Shown here piece by piece: positions 18,843-29,632 of a stretch of 64,000 nucleotides of DNA (its first letter is position 1; every line of letters begins with the position of its first letter). Source of the DNA: an uncultured delta proteobacterium (GTDB lineage Bacteria > Desulfobacterota > Binatia > UBA9968); contig CAVTUQ010000028.1 in assembly GCA_963737905.1 (NCBI GenBank), positions 96,001-160,000 on the forward strand. Reading direction: 5' to 3'. The notes under the pieces were generated by a model, which was not told where the DNA came from, did no database searches, and saw only the letters and a list, made by a program, of their open reading frames with translations. A program made the translations under genes and the position numbers.

Positions 18843-20239
18843 TTAGAGCGAGTTTTCGTTCCTCACGTCAATCTTGCCGGTCACGGCGGCGGAGATAAGC
18901 GCCGTGCGGTACTCTTTTAGCTTCTCGATTCCTTCGCGGACCTTGGCAATGAGGGCATCGATTGTTGCTGTCTCGTGATCGAGATGATCAATGATCAGCT
19001 TTTGCTCAGTTGTTGGCGGCACGGGTACAAGCACATTTTTCATCGTGTCAGAATAAACCACTTCTATAGTAGTAGCGTCGCTCAACAGAAAGAGTTGAGT
19101 CTGCACTAGTAAACTGTCTTGAACCAGATACTTAATGAATCTAGAAATTAATATAGTTGAATCAGGCCTAATCCGCATCAGACAAGGATGCAAAATACCG
19201 AGCTCAGCGTCCTCTGCTAGAATAAGGCATCTTCCAATTGTTCCGCGAGTGGTAAGCAAAATATCACCAGGTCCGACAGCAAATGCCCGCAACTCATCAT
19301 ACTTCGTCTTCGACACGTAATTTTCACCGATAGTCGAATCTTCATCTATCACGTTTCGCTGATTGTAAACTTTTACTTCGCCGCTGATCATCTCCGATGC
19401 GAGCAGCTGGCTTCCAAACGGGCCAGTTTTAATTGCGCCTGGTTGCCTAACTAAGAGCTTTAGTCGTTGTATCTTCCAATGCGCCGGGATTTCGCCAAGC
19501 CATTCGACGCGGGAATCTTTGATAGGCACGTTTGGGTCGAGGCCTTTTGTGACGGCGTGTGTGATGAGTGCGGCGCGCTTTTCCTGCAGCAACTCGATCA
19601 GCCGCTCTTTCTTCGCCACAAGCGCATCAACCTTCGCCGTCTCCCGATCCAACAAATCAACGATGGAGCATTGCTCATCGAGAGAGGGAATTGGAAAATA
19701 CGAGTTCACAAGCAATTCATGCTCGATACTTTCGACAGTGGCGCCTGCCTTCCGCCATTCGACGAGCAGAGCGTTTTGATGGCCGACGATCAGATACTTC
19801 AGGTAATGAGGGGTTAAACTAGACCTGGGGACGATTGCTTTCATATCCTGGTTCAACGCCACAGCCTTCGTGTTAACAGCCACAGGTATTGAATGCTTCA
19901 GGATTCCTGATCGTACCACAACGAGTACGGCGCCTTTCTGTACAAGCTGTGTCGCGCTGCCTGCCAGACCCTCTTTGGTTATATGATCCTCAGAATCGTT
20001 CACAGCCTCGCTTTTCATGTCATTTGGGTGAAATCCACGGGATATCTCCATTCCAGTATTCCAGTTTCTCCTTCGACGGTGTACCACCTCCGTGAAAACT
20101 GGCGAGGAACTTAATGCGTTTCATCTGCCAATGTTGCGGGGATTGGACCGAGCCACTTGACGCCCGAATCCTTGTAAAAGCGATAGGCTTTCCACCTGCG
20201 AACGGAAATCGGGATTTCAGCTGTAGCTTGAACGTTCAA
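18843..20239 (-). CDS. hsdS: Type I restriction-modification specificity subunit (5' part frameshifted)
   Basis: YKDSGVKWLG.IP, GGGTPSK..YWNG, central RAALITHAVTKGLDPNVPIKDSRVEWLGEIPAHW, IKTGPFGSQL, C-terminal RTALISAAVTGKIDV. Confidence 0.92.
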
Positions 20240-22297
20240 CCGGCCACCTCGCGGAGCATCTCAAGAATGTCTTTTTCAACACCTTTAATGTCCATCTCTA
20301 TTTCTTCGAGCGGGCGCGGTGGCTGATATTTGTAAAAGTAGCGGTTAAAGTTGATCTCGTAGCCAACTTTGCCGACTTCGTTATCCTTCTCGTCGCGGAT
20401 GGCTGTATTGATCCAGGCGTTAGGTACGTAAGGTTTCACTTCGCGTTCAAAGTAGGACTCGATACTTTCGGAAAGCGGCACGTTTTCGGTGTCGCGAAGC
20501 TCGGGATCGGGTTCCGGATTGTCATCACTGTCGCGGCAGATCTCGGCGGTCTCGTCGCGCTCTGAGAGGGCAGAAAGAATAGCTTTGCGAATCGGGCGCA
20601 TGCGATCTTAAGGCCGACCGCTTTCACTGCCTTGTCCAAGGCGCTCTCGAATGCGGGTCGATCCTTGAATAACGTGCCGGGCAACGTAGCAAAGCATTTT
20701 TCGGATTGCTTCCTGCTCTTTCCTGCCTTCCGCTTCTTCTTTGGCTTTCTCCTTCGCATTTTTCTTCTTGCTCACGGCGAGGTTTCGGAAAGCGGATTCC
20801 TCTTCGAGCCGGGCGATGCGCTCGGGGCTGGCTTGGAAATTCAGCCTGAGCGGACGCTCTACCGTGATCTTGCGGAAGCCGAAGTGTGTCGTTGGGAAGA
20901 TCTTGACGTGAACTCTCCTTCTTTGAAGCCGCGGAGAAGTCGAAAGGATTTGCTCTGCCTTTGTCCGGCGGGATCTCGCGGCGCTTGTCGCCGAGGCTTT
21001 TACGCATCTGCGTCCAGAAGGAAGTGGCATCAATGAGCTGAACCAGTCCTTTACGCTCCGGAGCCTTGCGGTTCGTAAGCACCCAAACGTAGGTGGCAAT
21101 GCCTGTGTTGTAAAAGAGCTGCTCCGGCAGAGCGATGAGCGCTTCAAGCCAATCGTTCTCAAGAATCCAGCGCCGGATTTCGCTCTCACCGCTGCCCGCG
21201 TCGCCGGTGAATAGCGGCGAGCCGTTCATGATGATCGCAACACGGGAGCCGCCTTCATTCGACCGGTTTCATGTGCGCGAGCATGTGTTGGAGAAAGAGG
21301 AGCTGCCCGTCGCTAATGCGCGGCAGTCCCGGCGCCGAAGCGGCCCGAAAAACCACGCTCGTGCTCGGCTTCAACCGCCTCCTGGTCGCGCTTCCAGTCT
21401 TTCCCATAGGGCGGATTGGCGATCTGATAGTCGAACGTGCGCCCCGCGTGGCGGTCATTCGACAGCGTGCTGCCGAACATGAATATTGTCGGCATCGCGA
21501 CCGGTCGGGTCTCTTCATGAAGAGGTCCGACTTGCAGACCGCAAAGGTCTCCGGATTTACTTCCTGGCCGATAAAGATGAATATCTGCGTGTGGATTGAT
21601 CCGCCCCGGTCCGCCGTTCCCAAGGATGTGATCCTTCGTGATCGTGACGCATGCCTCCAGACCCAGAGCACGGATCGCCGACGGTGATCACCGACACCCT
21701 TATGCCGGATGCGATCTTCGTCTCCCGCCAAAAGCAAGTCCACCATGAGATGAACGACATCACGAGGCGTGAAGTGTTCGCCGGGGTTTTCATTGAGGGC
21801 TTCGTTGAACTTCCGGATCAGCTCCTCGAAGATTGTCCCCATCGTCGGGTTATCGACGACATTCGGGTGGAGGTCCACGTTCTTGAAGCGCTCCAAGACC
21901 TGAAACAGCAACCCGGCTTCGTCGAGCTTGCTGATCGTGTTATCGAAATCGAATTTCTCCAAAACTTCTTGCATATTCGGGCTGAAGCCTTGATGTAGTT
22001 CCGCAGGTTTGCGGCGAGATGCGGCGCGTCCGCAAGAAGCTTCTCGAAGTCGTAGCGCGACGTGTTGTAGAAGGCGAAGCCGGAAGCTCTCCGGAGCTGC
22101 GGGTCAAGGTTTTCGAGCTTGCCCTTGAACTTGCCGACGGTTTGAAGAACTTTCTCTTTCGTAGGCGCAAGGACGCAATCGAGACGACGCAGCACGGTAA
22201 GCGGCAGAATGACGTCCTGGTACTTACCGCGTTTAAAGGTGTCGCGAATCAGATCCGCGACGCCCCAAATGAAGCTGACTATCTGGCTATGGTTCAT
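20236..22297 (-). CDS. hsdM: Type I restriction-modification N6-adenine methyltransferase, split by multiple frameshifts
   Basis: Fragments give [72 protein letters not shown] and [12 protein letters not shown]. Confidence 0.92.
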
Positions 22298-22377
22298 GGC
22301 TAAGATACTACGCGATTTGTCGGCCGGCCGGCAAGAACAGTTTTTCACCAGTTCTGGCGAATGGGAGGGATCTGAGA

Positions 22378-22540
22378 AAGATTTCTCCCGGAGTCACGCT
22401 GAGCTTGGCCGAAGGAGTCGAAATGACAACACGCGGTTTTTGCGTCTTTGCGCGAGATGTGTCGACTTTTGATTCCGACTCGCTGCGCTTGGCCCTCCGT
22501 GATGGATGATGGCGATCCTCGATCCTCTATTCTCGATCTT
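22378..22540. repeat. Cluster of REP-like and short tandem intergenic repeats
   Basis: agatttctcc...gtcgaaatgaca element, ttgcgtctttgcg, and (gatcctc)n heptamers. Confidence 0.5.
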
Positions 22541-23945
22541 CAAGCCAGCTTTACGTGACTTGCCGCGTTTTCTCCCGCGAGAATCCCGGTCACGACAGCC
22601 TGCATCAAGCCGCCCGTGTAACCGCCTCGATATCCGCCCATCAGCCCACCGATGGTGTCTCCGGCAGCGTATAATCCCCTGATAGGTTTGTCGTCGAGAT
22701 TCAGCGCCTGACAGCGCCCACTGACCAGCACGCCCCCCATGGTAAAGGTGATACCGGGCACGACTTTCAAACCGTAATAGGGAGGCCGCAGTGGCTTTGG
22801 CTTTCCCGTTCTCGGCACGGCCAGCGAACCCGCATTACTAGAGTGCACGATGCGATTGTACTGCTCCACTGTTTTAGTCAAATTTGCTGTATCGACTCCA
22901 ATTTTCTGCGCAAGTCCTTCGAGGGCTTCATGACTGAAGATATCGCCCCCATTGTCCATCAACCAGGGATTGGGCGCCGGTGTTTTAACCGATTGGGAGA
23001 AGGCATCGTCCTTCGCCGCGTCCCAGGTCGCAAAATCGAATATAAGCGCCGCGCCCGTCACATCGTTGGTCCGCGCCAGTTCATTTGCCACCGCGACATC
23101 GCCGCGCCCTTCGTCGACGAAGCGTTCGCCATTGGCGTCGATGAGAATGCCTTCGTCGACAAAAGAGTCCAGCCGGGGATAGGGCCAGAAGCGATCGTCC
23201 GTTAGCGCGTTGCGTGCGATCAAGTGGCCGTAGAAATATTGCAGATTGACCGTCTTGGCGCCGACGGCAAGCGCCATGCGCAATCCGTCGCCGGTGTCCT
23301 GCTTGGAACCGCGCAGCTTGCACTGGTCGGCATGGGCGCCGATATATTTCTTGACCAGCTCCGGGTTGGCGCTGAAGCCGCCGGTGGTAAGAATCGTGGC
23401 GCCAGCGCGCAGTCCGATCTCTGCGCCGTTTTGTTTGGCGATTAAGCCGGTAACGCAGCCGTTCTCGACGATGAGCCGCACACCTTCGCTGCCGTTCAAA
23501 TAGCGTTCCGCCGAGATTCAAAAATTGTTTCTCGAGGCTCGTGAGGGCACGGCCACCGACGTCTTTTTTATAGACCGGGCCGTAGGAGATTTCGCTTTTC
23601 TGGTTGAGCCAGATTCTTCCCGGTGCGGTCTCTTCGATCTCGACACCGACAGTCTGTAACCAACTCGATGGCGCGGCCGCAAGTTTCCGACCAGGCTTTG
23701 ACGAGATCGGGGTAGCCAACCCCTTCGGACATGACGAAGTCGTAGAGTTCCTCGGCGCCGGTCTTGGGGCTCTTGCCGCCGGCGCGCAGACTGCCGGAGG
23801 CCATCAAGACATTCCCATCGCCCAGCTCGCCGCGGCTCTTGTCGATCAGAAGAACTTTGGCGCCAGTTTCCGCGGCGCGTACCGCGGCGGTAAATCCGGC
23901 CATCCCAGCGCCCACAACCAGAACATCACATGAAATATCATTCAT
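22540..23945 (-). CDS. FAD-dependent oxidoreductase (FAD_binding_2, TcuA/flavocytochrome c-like), frameshifted at ~23500-23670
   Basis: DVLVVGAGMAG, TTGGFSAN, TGDG, ERFVDE, TFTMGG and GLYAAGD spread over three frames. Confidence 0.85.
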
Positions 23946-24015
23946 GATTTTCCCGTCCGTCAGCTTGAACGTTTTGAACGACTTGAACTGCTTGAACGGC
24001 TTTCGTCCTCGAAAG

Positions 24016-24991
24016 CTACGGAATTTTGTAGCCTAACTCCTTGGCCACTTCCGTCGCCAGTCGGTCATCGGCGACCTCCGTGAAAGACAATCTTGCGGTC
24101 GGTAAATCGGCCCTGTGCTTGGAGCGAGCGGACCAGGTTTTCGATTCCGGCTCGATTGGGAATGCCGGTGGGATTCAAAGTTGTTTGAAACGCATCATAG
24201 GTTTCCGAAGCGGCCTCCTTGTCCATTTTCAAAATCCGACTGATTAACTCCACTGTCTTGGGCTTGGATTTTCGGACCTCGTCCTTGGCGGCCTGCAGCG
24301 CGTAAATAACCCGTTTCACCTCAGCCGGCCTGGATTGAATGGTTTTGATGAGCGAGGTCAAACCCCCTCCCGGCATCTCGACCATCGATCCCACGTCCAT
24401 GATTTTGGTGTACCCCTTTTTTGCCGCGCCGAATGTGACCGGCGGAGATAACAGCGCTGCTTCGACGAAGCCGGATTCAAGGGAGTAAAATACCTGAATC
24501 TGTTGTCCGGGTATTCCCACCATCACATAATCTTTTGGGTTGGCGCCGGACTTCTCTACCGCGATCATCAAAGCAACGTGGTTGGTGCCGCCCGCCCCTC
24601 CCGAAATGGCGATTTTTTTCCCTTTGAGTTCCTGCAGACTTTTGTATTGCGGCGCGGCCTGGAGCCAATACGAAATTCTATCCGACGAAAACCAGATCGC
24701 CCGCGACGGTAAACCACTCAAGGTCGCGGAGACGGAAGCCGGCCCAACACCGGCAACGTAATCGATATCGCCCTGCGCCAGCGCTGCCGCCGCGAGAGAC
24801 GGGCTCATGACGATCAACTCCACGTCAAACCGTTGGCGGTAAACATACCCCAATCCTTCGCTGCCAATAACGGCAAGGCCGTGATCGTAAAGCCGGCATT
24901 GGATATACGAACCTTGGTGCGTCGTTCCTGGGCGTCGGCACTGGTCAAATTCTCTACTGGCCGAGAGTAAAGTGACGAGTAGCTGAATCAA
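24016..24991 (-). CDS. NitT/TauT-type ABC substrate-binding protein (frameshifted)
   Basis: Close paralog of the neighbouring gene: GDIDY.AGVGPASV, AIWFSSD, MVEMPGGGLT, and ends EVAKELGYKIP. Confidence 0.8.
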
Positions 24992-26058
24992 CTAAAAGAC
25001 TCTTTGTGAACCTTGCGAAGCAGTAGAGCCTCCGGTATGCAGGATCTCGATGTCAGGGGAATCTTGTATCCCAGCTCTTTCGCCACTTCCGTTGCCAGGC
25101 GATCGTCGGCGATATCGCTAAAAGACACTTTGCGATCGACATGGCGGCCTTGCGATTGTACCGCCTTGACCAGAATCTCCATCCCGGTGTGGCTGGGAAT
25201 CCCGGTTTGACTGAGCGTGGTCAAAAACTGATCGTAAGTCTCGCTCGCCGCTTCTTTATCCATCTTGAGCAAGCGGGTAATCAGTTCGACGGTCTTCGAC
25301 TTCGATCTTCGAATTTCGTCTTTGGCGAGCTGGAGCGAGCGTATGACCCGTTTGGTTTCCGCGGGCCGCTCCTGAATCGTTTTCACCAGCGTGGTCAGCC
25401 CCCCGCCTGGCATTTCCACCATCGCGCCGACGTCCAGGACTTTGTAGAAACCCTTTTTCTGTGCACCAAAAGTGACCGGAGGGGAGAGAAGTGCCGCATC
25501 GACGTAGCCCGATTCCAAAGAAATAAGCTGTTGAATTTGTTGTCCGCCAATCGACACCAAAACAAAGTCTTTCGGATTCACGCCGAGTTTTTCCAGCGCC
25601 ATATTGAAAGCGACGTGAATCGTGCCGCCCAGTCCGGTGATGGAAATTTTCTTGGATTTTAAGCTTTCGAGAGTTTTGAATTGCGGCTTCGCCATCAACC
25701 AGTAAGATATCTTATCGGACGAAAACCAAATGGCGCGTGTCGCAAAGCCGGCCAATGTCGCGTTGACCGATGCAGGGCCAACGCCAGCCTGATAGTCGAT
25801 GTCGCCTTGGGTCAGAGCCGCCGGCACCAACGCGGACTGCATGAGAATAACCTCCATATCCAGCCCATTGGCGGTAAAAACGCCCCAATCCTTCGCCGCC
25901 AACAGCGGCAAGGCGGTGATAGTAAAACCGGCGTTGGAAATTCTCGCCTTGACTCGCCGTTCCTGGGCATCGGCCCTGGCAAGCAAGGCCCACGTCAATC
26001 CAATGACCGCAATCAGTTGCGGCAACCAACGCCAAACGGATTTAGAATGTTTTCGCAT
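24988..26058 (-). CDS. NitT/TauT-type ABC substrate-binding protein (true stop probably ~25053)
   Basis: Signal peptide, GLDMEVILM, ALTQGDIDY. KIP-TGA is restored by removing one C. Confidence 0.85.
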   Translation of the reverse strand: MRKHSKSVWRWLPQLIAVIGLTWALLARADAQERRVKARISNAGFTITALPLLAAKDWGVFTANGLDMEVILMQSALVPAALTQGDIDYQAGVGPASVNATLAGFATRAIWFSSDKISYWLMAKPQFKTLESLKSKKISITGLGGTIHVAFNMALEKLGVNPKDFVLVSIGGQQIQQLISLESGYVDAALLSPPVTFGAQKKGFYKVLDVGAMVEMPGGGLTTLVKTIQERPAETKRVIRSLQLAKDEIRRSKSKTVELITRLLKMDKEAASETYDQFLTTLSQTGIPSHTGMEILVKAVQSQGRHVDRKVSFSDIADDRLATEVAKELGYKIPLTSRSCIPEALLLRKVHKESFS

Positions 26059-26167
26059 GAAAACTTGGTCTCCATAATTACCCGGCTAACATTCATTCAT
26101 TGCAATAATCTACAACGTCTCTAAGGCAACCCCGATCGCAACTCCGGTGGTTTGGGCAAAGCGCTCG

Positions 26168-26308
26168 TTAAGGAAACGGGAGCCGTCGGATGTCTTTCTG
26201 TCCGGGAGTCAGCCAGCGGATCGACGCATTGCCGTATTCCGCAAGCTCGCTCATCGACTCGATGACATGACCGTCGCAATCCAACATACGAATGGACTCG
26301 GTGTTCAT
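26168..26308 (-). pseudogene. Truncated amidohydrolase N-terminus
   Basis: MNTESIRMLDCDGHVIE (DxDxH metal motif) with a GGAGG RBS, ending after 46 aa. Confidence 0.6.
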
Positions 26309-26561
26309 GATTTCCTCCGGCTCTTGTTTATCACTCCTATAGCCGAGAGGGAAAAGAAATGTCAATTGTGTTCGGCGATAGGCAAATATCGTGAGTGGCT
26401 CTACAGATGAACCGCCGCCGATGCACGTGGAGTTGTTAACTCCGAAAATGGCTCGCAATAGTTTCGGCCAAATGCACCCGGTAGAGGAAGAGCTATTCTT
26501 TGCGAATGGGGCGGACAGAAAGAGTGGATACCACGACGGATATTTTCAGAGGTGGGGAGAT

Positions 26562-26822
26562 TTATTCAATGTCATGAACTTCGTCCTTACGCGAAAATAT
26601 TTCCCAAGCTAACAGGCAGCCATCTACGAACATGTCTTTAGCGGTACTGTGAATGTGCCGGGTAAAGTCCCGATAGTTGGCAGCGAACCAGTCCCATATG
26701 TAGATGCGGTCTTTTAGGTCAAACGCACAAAGCAGATACTCAAAATCCTCACCTGTAAATGCCTTCCTCGTTAGCGCCTCGGTTGCTAAGTCAAATCCTA
26801 TGCTATCAACTTGCCTAGACAT
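26562..26822 (-). CDS. Small low-GC hypothetical protein
   Basis: 86-aa ATG ORF with an upstream AGGAG in an AT-richer island. Confidence 0.4.
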   Translation of the reverse strand: MSRQVDSIGFDLATEALTRKAFTGEDFEYLLCAFDLKDRIYIWDWFAANYRDFTRHIHSTAKDMFVDGCLLAWEIFSRKDEVHDIE

Positions 26823-27103
26823 TGTTGGGTTATTTTACTCCTGGGATCTTTGTGTGTCCATACATCCACTCGAACCAATCCATCCCATTGATTAATAACA
26901 CGTATCTTCATGTTAGTTTTACATGGGCAGGACCCGCTGTAGGGTTCGGTGGGAAGTGTTGGCTTCCTAGATGCTCTGAGGTCATATAAGCCGTCAAAAC
27001 ATAGGTCGATTTATTTTCTCAGTAAGGACTAGTATAGTCAGTTCGATTCAGGGCTTGCACGGAATGGTCTGAACGGTCAGTCAACAGAAAAGGAATTTAT
27101 CCT

Positions 27104-27727
27104 ATGAAAAGTATGGCTTCCACTAAAAAGATCGATGTGCCCAGCGAACATTGGGATCGATTGTACGCTCCCAGTTCTTGTCTGGTCATGATCACCACCA
27201 TCGACAAAGAAGGCCGGATCAACGCCGCCTCATACGGCACTTGTGTTAGGGTATGTCACGATCCGGTGTACATCGCTTTCACGACGGGGGCTACCAAAGA
27301 TACCTACAATAATGTTCTGGCAACCGAGGAATTCGTCGTAAACGTTCCTTCCTTTGAGCGGGAGATCCTCGAGAAGGTAAGGGTTGTCGGACTGGAATTC
27401 CCGCCGGGAATCAATGAGCTTGAGAAAGCCGGCCTAACGTCCCTCCCCTCTACGGTCGTAAAGCCTCCCCGGATAGCGGAATGCAGGAGTCATTTCGAAT
27501 GCAGGGTTGAATGGACAAAGCAGTGGCTGCATCGCTTAATGGTCGTAGGAAAGGTCGTCGCCGCTTCTGTGGATGAGGGATGCGTAGACGAACGAGGCTA
27601 TCTCGCGTGGGAAAAGGTGAAGCCGGCGCATTATTGCGGTCACGAATACAAGAGCAAGTTCGTCGCGGCTTACCAGACCCTGGAAGTCGATATGGTCTAT
27701 AACGAACCCATTGGCCCGCGAAATTAG
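27104..27727 (+). CDS. Flavin reductase (DIM6/NTAB) family protein
   Basis: VMITT....G.INAA, KDTYNN, EFVVN, PPRIAEC..HFEC. Confidence 0.85.
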   Translation: MKSMASTKKIDVPSEHWDRLYAPSSCLVMITTIDKEGRINAASYGTCVRVCHDPVYIAFTTGATKDTYNNVLATEEFVVNVPSFEREILEKVRVVGLEFPPGINELEKAGLTSLPSTVVKPPRIAECRSHFECRVEWTKQWLHRLMVVGKVVAASVDEGCVDERGYLAWEKVKPAHYCGHEYKSKFVAAYQTLEVDMVYNEPIGPRN

Positions 27728-27782
27728 ACAAACCGCGGGGAAGGCCGGTATATACTGTTTTGGATTCTTAAAGAGTAAGAGC

Positions 27783-29531
27783 ATGAATAGACTTCCGGCT
27801 GGGCAAAAATCCGAATCGATCTCGGTCGATCCGATAACTCTGGAAGTGATTCGTCATGGGATCATTTCTATCTGCGATCAGATCGACGCCAATATGACGC
27901 GTACGGCATTCAGCCCGTACATCTATGAATACAAGGACTACGCGGTGGGCTTTGTTAGCGCCGAGGGAGAGTTGTTGGCCCAGTGCACGGGCGGCATGCC
28001 GGTCTTTGTGGCCGATTCCGTCGGCATGGCGGTGCGCGACGGCTTGGAAGTTTACGGTCGAGACAATCTCCACAAAGGTGATGTTGTCCTCTGCAATCAC
28101 GCCGCGGTCCAAGGCCAACACCTCAATAACACGGTGATGTACACGCCGGTCTTCGCCGGTCCCAAGGGCGATGAACTGATCGGTTTCTTCGCTGTCAACT
28201 GCCATTGGATCGACATCGGCGGCTCGGCCATCGGCTCCGTCTCTTACTCGTCCACCGATATTTTCATGGAGGGACTTCAGTTGCGCTCGATCAAGCTATG
28301 GTCGAAGGGCGAGCCTATCGACGAAGTTTATCGCATCATCGAGAACAACACGCGCTTTCCCTTGGAATTACTCGGCGACATCGAAGCGCAACTGGGCGGC
28401 TGTCTATTAGGCCGGGATCTTACACAGGCGATGACCGACAAATACGGCACGATCGTTTTTCTTGGCGCGTTGGATACCATTCTCGACCAGTGCGAAGCCG
28501 CAACACGGGAGAAAATCCGCGCGATTTCTGATGGCATCTATCAGCACGAAGCATTTTTGGATAACGACGGTGTGCGTGACGAAAAGATTCCGATCAAAGT
28601 CAAAGTCGTCGTCGCCGGCGATGAGATGACCATCGACTATTCGGACATGTCGCCTCAGGTGCGCGGCTGCATCAATTCGGGCTTCTATGGTGGCGGGCGA
28701 ACCACCGCGCGCGTGGCGTTCAAATATTTGATTGCGACGGAAGAGCCCGCCAACGAGGGAACTTTTCGGCCGCTCAAAATGATTCTTCCTGAAGGTAAGT
28801 TGTTGAGCGCCGAGCCCACCGCCGCGATGGGGTTGTACAGCATTCCGTTTCCGACGGTCATCGACTGCATTATTAAAGCGTTGGAGCCCGCCCTGCCGCA
28901 CCGCGTCACCGGCGCTCATTTCGGAACTTTTTCGTCGTTGAGCTTTGCTGGCAAACGGACGGATAACGGCGCATTTTTCAAAGCCAACGACAGCGGTCAC
29001 GGCGGCTGGGGCGCTTGCGCCACGCATGACGGCGCGGGGCCGTTTCGCACCATGGCGCACGGCGATACGCGGCTCATTCCCATAGAGTTGCAGGAGTCGA
29101 TGTATCCTTTCCGTGTCGAAGAGTTCTGCCTGCGGCAAGATTCAGGCGGTCCAGGAAAATGGCGCGGCGGCTTGGGCTTCGAAAAACAGTATGTCTTGCT
29201 CGCGCCCTGCGAACTATGGGCGAACTTCGACCGCATCGGTTGCCCGCCCTGGGGCGTGCAAGGCGCCAAAGCCGCGAAGTCGGGACAAGTGCTGATCTTC
29301 AAGAACGGGGAACAGGAACCTGAGTTACTTTACAAAACCGAAAATTGTCCATTGCAAGCCGGCGATCGCGTACGCATGTCCACCGGCGGTGGCGGCGGCC
29401 ACGGCGATCCGAGAGAACGCCCGCTGGAGTTGGTGGAGCGCGATGTGATCCGTGGTTTTGTCTCACACGAAAGCGCGCGCGAAGATTACGGCATCGTGAT
29501 CGACTATAACGGCAAAGCGCGCCGACTATAG
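27783..29531 (+). CDS. Hydantoinase B / oxoprolinase family protein
   Basis: DPITLEVI, RTAFSPYIYE, HWIDIGG, DSGGPGKWRGG and GGGGGHGDP. Confidence 0.92.
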   Translation: MNRLPAGQKSESISVDPITLEVIRHGIISICDQIDANMTRTAFSPYIYEYKDYAVGFVSAEGELLAQCTGGMPVFVADSVGMAVRDGLEVYGRDNLHKGDVVLCNHAAVQGQHLNNTVMYTPVFAGPKGDELIGFFAVNCHWIDIGGSAIGSVSYSSTDIFMEGLQLRSIKLWSKGEPIDEVYRIIENNTRFPLELLGDIEAQLGGCLLGRDLTQAMTDKYGTIVFLGALDTILDQCEAATREKIRAISDGIYQHEAFLDNDGVRDEKIPIKVKVVVAGDEMTIDYSDMSPQVRGCINSGFYGGGRTTARVAFKYLIATEEPANEGTFRPLKMILPEGKLLSAEPTAAMGLYSIPFPTVIDCIIKALEPALPHRVTGAHFGTFSSLSFAGKRTDNGAFFKANDSGHGGWGACATHDGAGPFRTMAHGDTRLIPIELQESMYPFRVEEFCLRQDSGGPGKWRGGLGFEKQYVLLAPCELWANFDRIGCPPWGVQGAKAAKSGQVLIFKNGEQEPELLYKTENCPLQAGDRVRMSTGGGGGHGDPRERPLELVERDVIRGFVSHESAREDYGIVIDYNGKARRL

Positions 29532-29534
29532 TCG

Positions 29535-29622
29535 GTTCAATGTTCAAGGTTCAAAGTTCAATGTTTTCGGATTGAACTTAGATCTTTAAAAACGTTGAAC
29601 ATTGAACCCGGAACTTTGAACT
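29535..29622. repeat. Heptamer tandem array followed by an inverted array
   Basis: (GTTCAAN)x4 then (TTGAACN)-like units. Confidence 0.75.
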
Positions 29623-29632
29623 GGAGTAATTC

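Noticed and set aside
12376-22297. RM locus as part of a prophage or integrative element
   Set aside because: No integrase, transposase, tRNA or att-like flanking repeats were seen.
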